Assembly: GCA_017532185.1 (NCBI GenBank)
Contig: JAFXJO010000096.1
Coordinates: 1,834 to 65,833, forward strand
Direction of reading: 5' to 3'
Length of the DNA stretch: 64,000 nt
Source of the DNA: Clostridia bacterium
Lineage (GTDB): Bacteria > Bacillota > Clostridia > Oscillospirales > Acutalibacteraceae
In this document: positions 57,558-64,000 of the stretch, piece after piece
Position numbering within the stretch: position 1 is the stretch's first letter
Layout: each line of letters opens with the position of its first letter
Notes under the pieces: generated by a model
The model's database searches: none
What the model saw: only the letters and a program-made list of their open reading frames with translations
What the model was told of the DNA's origin: nothing
Translations under genes and position numbers: made by a program

Positions 57558-58539
57558 TCGCAAGCACCTCCTTATCAGCTTTCACCTTACGGAATGCTTT
57601 TTTTGAGATTTTCGGCATATTATTGATTACGGAATCAAATATCGGACGCAGGGCATTTGTCAGAAGAACGGCAAAACAAACCGTTTCTTCATATGCACCC
57701 ATATGGCGCATCGCCATACAAATTACGCCGCAAACAGCTCCGTAAACTATCTTATTGACTGTTTTATGAGGCTGAGTTGACGGGTCAGTTACAAGGAACA
57801 CCGCCGCAAACAAAAGTGAGCCTGAGCAAAGTTCGGGAACAAGATTTGTTTTGAAAGATGCAACAACTCTCGGGAAAAAATATACCATCAGAACACACGC
57901 CGCAATAAAGCTCACCGATGAAACAAGAGCCTTGGGTCGTGTAATAAGCAGATAAACCGCACACGCAACCATCAGCAGAGCACAGCCCGTACCCATCGGA
58001 CCCGCAACGTTGCCGCCGAGAATATCGAATATGCTTGCCGCGCCAACGTAAACGGCTCTTCCGTTCATAAGCATTGAGCCGAGAGACGTTGAGCCGAAAA
58101 GCTTGCCCTCACTGCCTTCAACAAAAGCAAAAACCTGTTCCTTGAAGCAAACGCTTGCAAAGGCAAAACCTGCTGCCGCAGGAACAAACGGAGCTTTCAT
58201 ACTGCCGCCGAACGGAACTTTAACAACCGCAACGGCAAACACCGAAGCAAAGACCGCCACGTAATAAGGTACGCTCGAAGGCATCATAAGCGCTATCGCC
58301 GCGCCCGTAAAAACACTGCTCAGGTCGCTGATATCAATCTTTCTGTTTATAACAAGACCTGCCAGCGCATCTGTCGCAACAGCCGCCGCAACGCTTGCCG
58401 CAATCACAAGTAAAGAGCGCACACCGTAAAACCAATAAGCGGCAAAACACGGCACTGCGAGCATCAGCAGGTAACCGCCGAAAAAGCTTCTTGCGTTGTC
58501 TTTATTCAATTTTTCGGCACCGTTTGCCACGGCATTCAC
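57550..58539 (-). CDS. RnfD-like membrane subunit (divergent)
   Basis: DLSSVFTG, KVPFGG, G.MGTG, SGSLLFAAVFLVTDP.TQP, FAVLLTN. Confidence 0.8.
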   Translation of the reverse strand: MNAVANGAEKLNKDNARSFFGGYLLMLAVPCFAAYWFYGVRSLLVIAASVAAAVATDALAGLVINRKIDISDLSSVFTGAAIALMMPSSVPYYVAVFASVFAVAVVKVPFGGSMKAPFVPAAAGFAFASVCFKEQVFAFVEGSEGKLFGSTSLGSMLMNGRAVYVGAASIFDILGGNVAGPMGTGCALLMVACAVYLLITRPKALVSSVSFIAACVLMVYFFPRVVASFKTNLVPELCSGSLLFAAVFLVTDPSTQPHKTVNKIVYGAVCGVICMAMRHMGAYEETVCFAVLLTNALRPIFDSVINNMPKISKKAFRKVKADKEVLANE

Positions 58540-58628
58540 CTCTGACTTCCATTATTTTTTCATTGCACACCGCAACGAAAAATCATATTATGTTATTACT
58601 GTTTAAGATTTTTCAGGAGGACAGACCT

Positions 58629-59192
58629 ATGCAAATCAATTCCCCTTCGGAAAACAGGATTGTTGTTGAGCTTTCTGCTCAGGATATGCAGGATTTGGAT
58701 ATTACATATGAGGATATGGATTATTCCGCAATAGAAACAAGGCGCGTTATCTGGACGGTTCTCGACACCGCAGGCAAATATCTCGGCAAAGAGCTTGACC
58801 CTGCACGCAGAATGATTATAGAAGCCCTGCCGCTTGAGGGCGGCGGCTGCACTCTTTTTTTCACAATTCTCGATACCTCTGTCAAGGTCGGACGTTCAAA
58901 ACTGATAAAACAGCCAAGCAGTCTGATTTGTGATTTTGACAGCCTTGACGGTCTTTTTAAAGCCGCCGAAGAATGCAACGTAAACAGTGCTCTGACTCAG
59001 AGCAGTCTTTATGAGAATAACGGCAGATACAGGCTGATAATCAGCTCGCCGTTTGACCTCAATCTTCTGCAGCGGCATTTTTGCGAATTTGCAAAATGCA
59101 GAAAATGTGAAAACCTTGAAGCGGAATTTACCCGTGAACACTGGAATTCAATCGCAGAAAACAACGCACTGAATTCGCTGGCAAGAAAATAG
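58629..59192 (+). CDS. mecA: MecA-family adaptor protein
   Basis: Start re-assigned after AGGAGG; ENRIVVELS..DM, IEALP..GGC, SSLY..NGRY.L, EH...I..NNAL. Confidence 0.7.
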   Translation: MQINSPSENRIVVELSAQDMQDLDITYEDMDYSAIETRRVIWTVLDTAGKYLGKELDPARRMIIEALPLEGGGCTLFFTILDTSVKVGRSKLIKQPSSLICDFDSLDGLFKAAEECNVNSALTQSSLYENNGRYRLIISSPFDLNLLQRHFCEFAKCRKCENLEAEFTREHWNSIAENNALNSLARK

Positions 59193-59193
59193 T

Positions 59194-59859
59194 TCAGTTA
59201 TATGCTTTCTCAGCTTTTTCTCTGAGCATTCCGATAACCTCGGCAGGATTTTCCGCGCCGAAAACGGCGCTGCCCGCAACAAAAACGTTTGCGCCTGCCG
59301 CGGCGGCAATCTCAACCGTTTCGGCGTTTATTCCGCCGTCAACCTGTATATCAACCTCAAGACCTCTGCGCTGAATTTCTTGGCGCAGGGTCTTAACTTT
59401 TGCCATTGTTTCGTGCATAAACGACTGACCGCCGAAGCCCGGCTCAACTGTCATAACAAGCACCATCGAAAGCTTATCAAGATAAGGGAAAACTTCTTCC
59501 GCGGCGGTTGCCGGCTTTATGCTGATACCTGCCTTGCATCCGCAATCAAGAATTTTATCAACCGTTTCTTCAACGGGAGACGAGCTTTCATAATGGAAAG
59601 TGATAATATCCGCACCTGCTTTTTTGAAATCATCAATATATTTCAGCGGATTTTCAATCATCAGATGCACGTCAAAAATGAGGTTTGTTTTATTTCTGAC
59701 GCTTTTGATAACAGGCGCGCCGAAAGAGATGTTTGGCACAAAACAACCGTCCATAACGTCGAGATGCAGCCAGTCTGCTCCGCCCTTTTCAACTCTGACT
59801 GCTTCCGCACCGAGAGCCGAAAAATCGCTTGCAAGCACAGAGGGAGAAATCTTTATCAT
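59194..59859 (-). CDS. rpe: Ribulose-phosphate 3-epimerase
   Basis: SPSVL, HLDVMDG.FVPN, DVHLM, MTVEPGFGGQ, VDGG. Confidence 0.97.
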   Translation of the reverse strand: MIKISPSVLASDFSALGAEAVRVEKGGADWLHLDVMDGCFVPNISFGAPVIKSVRNKTNLIFDVHLMIENPLKYIDDFKKAGADIITFHYESSSPVEETVDKILDCGCKAGISIKPATAAEEVFPYLDKLSMVLVMTVEPGFGGQSFMHETMAKVKTLRQEIQRRGLEVDIQVDGGINAETVEIAAAAGANVFVAGSAVFGAENPAEVIGMLREKAEKAYN

Positions 59860-60053
59860 AATAAAACCAACCTTTCAGCCGTCTGAAGGCAAAATAACGG
59901 CATTATAATCTGTAATATTATATCAGTTTATTATTATAAAATCAATATTATAATAAATAAGTTTACAATTAAAATATTAAAAGAAATACTTTACAAAATT
60001 AGATTTTTGTTACATAATATAGGGTGATATACTATCATTCAAGAGGAATAAAA

Positions 60054-61829
60054 ATGGAAAAAGAAAAAGATAAAAAATCCTCGGCAGAAAAAAATATTGC
60101 ACTGATGAAACGCTTTTTTCCCTATCTTAAAAAGCATCTCGGCACGGAGCTTATCGTTCTTGCCTGCGCCGCAACATCAGCCGCGTGCGAAATCATTCTG
60201 CCGCTCATCGTTCGCAAAATCACAGACCAGGGCGTTGCCGACCCTGCAGGCTTGACTGTAAAGCTTATCATCACCATTGCAATTGCCTATGTTGCTCTCA
60301 GGGCGCTGGACAGCTTTGCAAGCTTCTGCCAGTCTTACTGGGGACACAAAATGGGCACTAAAATCGAAAACGCCATGCGCGAAGATATGTTTGACCATCT
60401 TCAGACTCTCTCCTTCTCGTTTTTTGATAACACCAAGGTCGGCCAGCTTATGAGCCGTATGACCTCAGACCTTTTTGACGTTGCGGAATGGGCGCACCAT
60501 TTTCCCGAAATGCTGCTGATGACAATAGTTAAATTCGTTGCAAGCTTCTTTATTTTCGCAACAATGGATTTCCGCTTTGCAATCGCAATTTTTATTCTTA
60601 TGCCGTTTATGATAATTCTCACAAAACGCTCAAGAACAAAGATGCGCGACACCTTCAAAGAGGGCAGACACCAGGTTGGCGAAATCAACGCACGCATTGA
60701 GGACAGCCTTCTGGGCGTAAGGGTTGTTCGTTCATTTACAAACGAAAAAACAGAAAAAGATAAGTTCTCCAAAGGTAACGAGAAATACGTTGAAATCAGA
60801 AACAAAAGCCACAGATATATGTCGCAGTTTCACGCAACGGTCAAGCTCCTTGACGGTATTACATACATCTGCGTTATCGCAATGGGTGCGCTTCTGATGA
60901 AAGAGGGCATCACCTCTCCCGGCGACTTTGCCGCAAGCCTTCTTCTTATCTCAACCCTTCTCGGCTCAATCCGCACAATTGTTGATTTCAGCGAGCAGTT
61001 CAGCAGAGGCATAACAGGCGTTGAACGTTTTGCCGAAATTATGGATGAAAAAGCCGATATCGTTGACAGCGCAAATGCCGTTGACATCAAAAACGTTCAG
61101 GGCGAAATCGAATTCAAAGACGTTTGCTTCAGCTATGTCAAGGGTGAAAAAGAAATTCTCCATAATCTCAATCTCCGCCTTGAAAAGGGCGAAAACCTTG
61201 CGATAGTCGGTCCCAGCGGCGGCGGCAAAACAACGCTCTGCAATCTCATTCCCCGTTTTTATGAACCCGAAAGCGGCGATATTCTGGTTGACGGAAAAAA
61301 TATAAAGGATATCACGCTCCATTCCCTGCGCTCAAATATCGGCGTTGTTGCTCAGGACGTTTATCTTTTCAGCGGAACAATCCGTGATAACCTCATCTAC
61401 GGCAAGGCAGACGCCACCGACGAAGAACTCATTGAAGCAACAAAAAAAGCAGGCGCACACGATTTTATCAGCGCATTGCCCAACGGTTACGATACATACA
61501 TCGGCGAAAGAGGCGTCAAGCTCTCAGGCGGTCAGAAACAGAGAATTTCAATCGCCAGAGTTTTCCTCAAAAATCCGCCCATTCTTCTGCTTGACGAGGC
61601 AACGTCTGCTCTCGATAACGAAAGCGAAAAGCTTGTTCAGGAATCTCTTGAACGCCTTGCAAAAGGCAGAACAACCCTCACTATAGCTCACCGTCTGACC
61701 ACCATACGCAACGCAGACAAAATCGTTGTTCTCACAGAGGACGGCATTGCAGAGCAGGGCTCTCACAAAGAACTGATGCAAAAAGACGGCATTTATGCAG
61801 ATATGTATAATATGTACGCAATAATTTAG
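60054..61829 (+). CDS. Fused ABC exporter (TMD+NBD)
   Basis: GPSGGGKT, LSGGQKQR, LLLDEATSALD, AHRL. Confidence 0.92.
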   Translation: MEKEKDKKSSAEKNIALMKRFFPYLKKHLGTELIVLACAATSAACEIILPLIVRKITDQGVADPAGLTVKLIITIAIAYVALRALDSFASFCQSYWGHKMGTKIENAMREDMFDHLQTLSFSFFDNTKVGQLMSRMTSDLFDVAEWAHHFPEMLLMTIVKFVASFFIFATMDFRFAIAIFILMPFMIILTKRSRTKMRDTFKEGRHQVGEINARIEDSLLGVRVVRSFTNEKTEKDKFSKGNEKYVEIRNKSHRYMSQFHATVKLLDGITYICVIAMGALLMKEGITSPGDFAASLLLISTLLGSIRTIVDFSEQFSRGITGVERFAEIMDEKADIVDSANAVDIKNVQGEIEFKDVCFSYVKGEKEILHNLNLRLEKGENLAIVGPSGGGKTTLCNLIPRFYEPESGDILVDGKNIKDITLHSLRSNIGVVAQDVYLFSGTIRDNLIYGKADATDEELIEATKKAGAHDFISALPNGYDTYIGERGVKLSGGQKQRISIARVFLKNPPILLLDEATSALDNESEKLVQESLERLAKGRTTLTIAHRLTTIRNADKIVVLTEDGIAEQGSHKELMQKDGIYADMYNMYAII

Positions 61830-61855
61830 TGAACAGCTAACAGTGAAAAGTGAAT
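61828..61855 (+). repeat. Heptamer array (partial copy of the repeat family)
   Basis: AGTGAAC-AGCTAAC-AGTGAAA-AGTGAAT. Confidence 0.65.
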
Positions 61856-61887
61856 AATTCAAAACACAATAGAAAGGAAATATAACC

Positions 61888-62313
61888 ATGCTTAAAAACA
61901 TCTCCCCCATCATCTCTCCCGAACTTCTCAAAATCCTTATGGAAATGGGTCACGGCGACGAAATCGTTATCGGCGACGGCAATTTCCCCGCAGCAGCTAA
62001 CGCAAAAAGACTTGTTCGTCTTGACGGCCACGGCGTTAACGAAATTCTTGAGGCTATTCTTAAGCTGATGCCTCTTGATACATATGTTGAAGCTCCCGTT
62101 GCTCTTATGGATAACGGCGATGCATCAAATCCCCCTCCCATCTGGGCTGATTACAAAAATACCGTTGTTGCCGAAGAAGGCGATAAAAACTTTGAGCTTG
62201 TTGAGCGTTTTGCTTTCTATGAAAGAGCAAGGGATGCTTACGCAATCATCGCAACAGGCGAAACAGCTATCTATGCAAACATCATTCTTAAAAAAGGTGT
62301 TGTTATTCAGTAA
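61888..62313 (+). CDS. fucU: L-fucose mutarotase (RbsD/FucU family)
   Basis: MLKNI...SPELL..L.EMGHGDEIVIGDGNFP, RFAFYE, YANIILKKGV. Confidence 0.88.
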   Translation: MLKNISPIISPELLKILMEMGHGDEIVIGDGNFPAAANAKRLVRLDGHGVNEILEAILKLMPLDTYVEAPVALMDNGDASNPPPIWADYKNTVVAEEGDKNFELVERFAFYERARDAYAIIATGETAIYANIILKKGVVIQ

Positions 62314-62320
62314 TTGTTCG

Positions 62321-62449
62321 AGTGAAAAGCTAAAAGTGAATAGTGAAAAGTTATGGAAAGGCTCCGCCTTTGACCGATTATATTATTAAATTTTGGGTGC
62401 GGGCAACGCCCACCCGAAACTATTCGCTCTTCACTATTCATTATTCACT
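62321..62449. repeat. Intergenic heptamer-array + palindrome repeat (full copy B)
   Basis: AGTGAAA/AGCTAAA/AGTGAAT/AGTGAAA left arm, GGGTGCGGGCAACGCCCACCC core, inverted TTCACT-type right arm. Confidence 0.75.
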
Positions 62450-62464
62450 GAGAAAGGAGTCACA

Positions 62465-63934
62465 ATGAACAAACGAGTTCTTGCCATTGACTTCGGTGCT
62501 TCCAGCGGCAGAGCCATTCTGGGCACCTTTGACGGCAAAAAAATTACGCTTGAAGAGGTTCACCGCTTCTCAAACGACCCCGTAAAGGTCGGCGACACAA
62601 TGTATTGGGACGTTCTTCGCCTCTTCCACGAAATCAAGCAGGGTATTGTAAACGCCAAGCTTGCAGGCGGTTTTGACAGCGTGGGTATCGATACCTGGGG
62701 CGTTGATTTCGGTCTGATTGACGAATTCGGCTGTCTCCTTGAAAACCCGATTCATTACAGAGATGAACGCACAAAGGGTCTTATCGAAGAATGCGCCGAA
62801 ACCGTTTCCAATGCCGAATTCTACGGCACAACAGGCATTCAGTTTATGGAGCTTAACACCGTTTATCAGCTCTATGCTCTCAAAAAATACCGTCCCCATA
62901 TGCTCGAAAGAGCAGATAAAATTCTCTTTATGCCCGACCTTTTCGGCTATATGCTCACGGGCAAAAAGACAACAGAATATTCAATCGCAACCACTTCGCA
63001 GATGATTGACCTCAAAACAAAAAAATGGGCAACTCCTCTGCTTGACAGACTCGGAATTCCCTCAAAGCTTCTCTGCGATATCGCACCTTCGGGCACGGTT
63101 TTAGGCAAAATCAGAGCCGATATCTGCGCAGAATGCGGCATCCCCGAGGTTGACGTTATCAGCGTTTGCGGTCACGATACACAGAGTGCAATCACCGCCG
63201 TTCCTGCGGAAGAGAGCGATTTCGCTTTCCTCTCAAGCGGCACCTGGTCACTCTTCGGAACAGAGCTTGATAAGCCCATTGTTGACGAAAAATCAATCGC
63301 GATGAACGTTACAAACGAGGGCGGTTACAACGAAAAAGTAGGCTTCCTCAAGAACATAATCGGTCTTTGGCTGATTCAGGAAAGCCGCCGCCATTGGAAC
63401 AGACACGGCAGCGATTATTCCTATGCAGACCTTGAAAAGCTTGCCCTTGCGGCAGAGCCGTTCAAGTGCTTCATTGACCCCGATGCACCTGAATTTGTGC
63501 CTCACGGCAACATCCCCGAAAGAGTTCGCGAATACTGCCGCAAAACAGGTCAGGCTGTGCCCGAAAGCGTTGGCGAGGTTATGCGTTGCATCTATGAAAG
63601 CCTTGCAATGAAATACCGCTTAACTCTTGAAAAGCTTGAGGAATGCACAGAAAAAACCTATCCTTCTATCCACGTTATCGGCGGCGGAACAAAGGATACT
63701 CTGCTTTGCAAAATGACCGCCTGCTCCTGTGGCAGAAAGGTTGTTGCAGGCCCGATTGAAGCAACGGTTCTCGGCAATATTCTTGTTCAGCTTCTCTCCT
63801 GCGGCGCAATCGCAGATATTGACGAAGCAAGAAAAATCGTTCGCGAAAGCGAAAATACGGTTGAATATCTCCCCGAAAATACCGCAGAATGGTCAGCAGC
63901 TTATGAGAGATTCAAGGCTGTTGTGGGCAATTAA
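62465..63934 (+). CDS. rhaB: Rhamnulokinase/fuculokinase (FGGY family)
   Basis: LAIDFGASSGR, GIDTWGVDF, GHDTQSA, SSGTWSL, LKNIIGLWLIQE, AGPIEAT. Confidence 0.85.
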   Translation: MNKRVLAIDFGASSGRAILGTFDGKKITLEEVHRFSNDPVKVGDTMYWDVLRLFHEIKQGIVNAKLAGGFDSVGIDTWGVDFGLIDEFGCLLENPIHYRDERTKGLIEECAETVSNAEFYGTTGIQFMELNTVYQLYALKKYRPHMLERADKILFMPDLFGYMLTGKKTTEYSIATTSQMIDLKTKKWATPLLDRLGIPSKLLCDIAPSGTVLGKIRADICAECGIPEVDVISVCGHDTQSAITAVPAEESDFAFLSSGTWSLFGTELDKPIVDEKSIAMNVTNEGGYNEKVGFLKNIIGLWLIQESRRHWNRHGSDYSYADLEKLALAAEPFKCFIDPDAPEFVPHGNIPERVREYCRKTGQAVPESVGEVMRCIYESLAMKYRLTLEKLEECTEKTYPSIHVIGGGTKDTLLCKMTACSCGRKVVAGPIEATVLGNILVQLLSCGAIADIDEARKIVRESENTVEYLPENTAEWSAAYERFKAVVGN

Positions 63935-63955
63935 TTTCGGTTGTTTCTCTTAAGT

Positions 63956-64000
63956 CTCCCTTTCAAGGGAGGTGGATTTTGCGAAGCAAAAGACGGAGGG
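63956..64000. repeat. REP-like double-hairpin element (truncated by window end)
   Basis: CTCCCTT-tc-AAGGGAG and TTTTGC-gaa-GCAAAA hairpins after rhaB. Confidence 0.5.

Noticed and set aside
59878-59887. GCCGTCTGAA (Neisseria uptake sequence), also at 51245
   Set aside because: Only two copies noticed in 64 kb of a Firmicute-like genome; consistent with chance.
62321-62449. CRISPR array
   Set aside because: Heptamer tandem units with no spacers and no cas genes.

Overview
A 64-kb stretch of bacterial chromosome, mostly housekeeping genes. By inference from protein families, AGGAGG-type RBSs and TTGACA-N17-TATAAT promoters it comes from a Clostridia-type (Oscillospiraceae/Acutalibacteraceae-like) organism. 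I see no prophage, IS element or CRISPR array. It holds about 45 CDSs: DNA repair (nth, ogg, rmuC), mtnN, GH3 and GH13 glycosidases, murD-like, nanA, glyA, hflX, two two-component systems, a Ser/Thr kinase, ABC/MFS/NCS2/CPA2 transporters, folE-P-B-K, cysK, rlmD, rpe, mecA and fucU-rhaB, plus tRNA-Ala(CGC). The most interesting signals are: (1) an unannotated 22-aa leader-peptide attenuator in front of an ABC-DUF1854-ABC operon whose ABC proteins carry Zn-ribbon N-termini; (2) an orphan RnfD-E-A module that has lost 3 of 4 Fe-S cysteines, co-oriented with a degenerate LCP protein; (3) a cluster of 7 DnaA boxes with no dnaA nearby; (4) a kinase with seven repeated acidic-Thr motifs and an FHA-FHA-ABC exporter that may read them; (5) a monocistronic 60-aa Trp-rich protein under a perfect promoter; (6) an 11-bp-periodic regulator box; (7) a MurD2-like ligase; (8) a dispersed heptamer/palindrome repeat family. 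All family calls come from reading motifs by eye; no searches were run.
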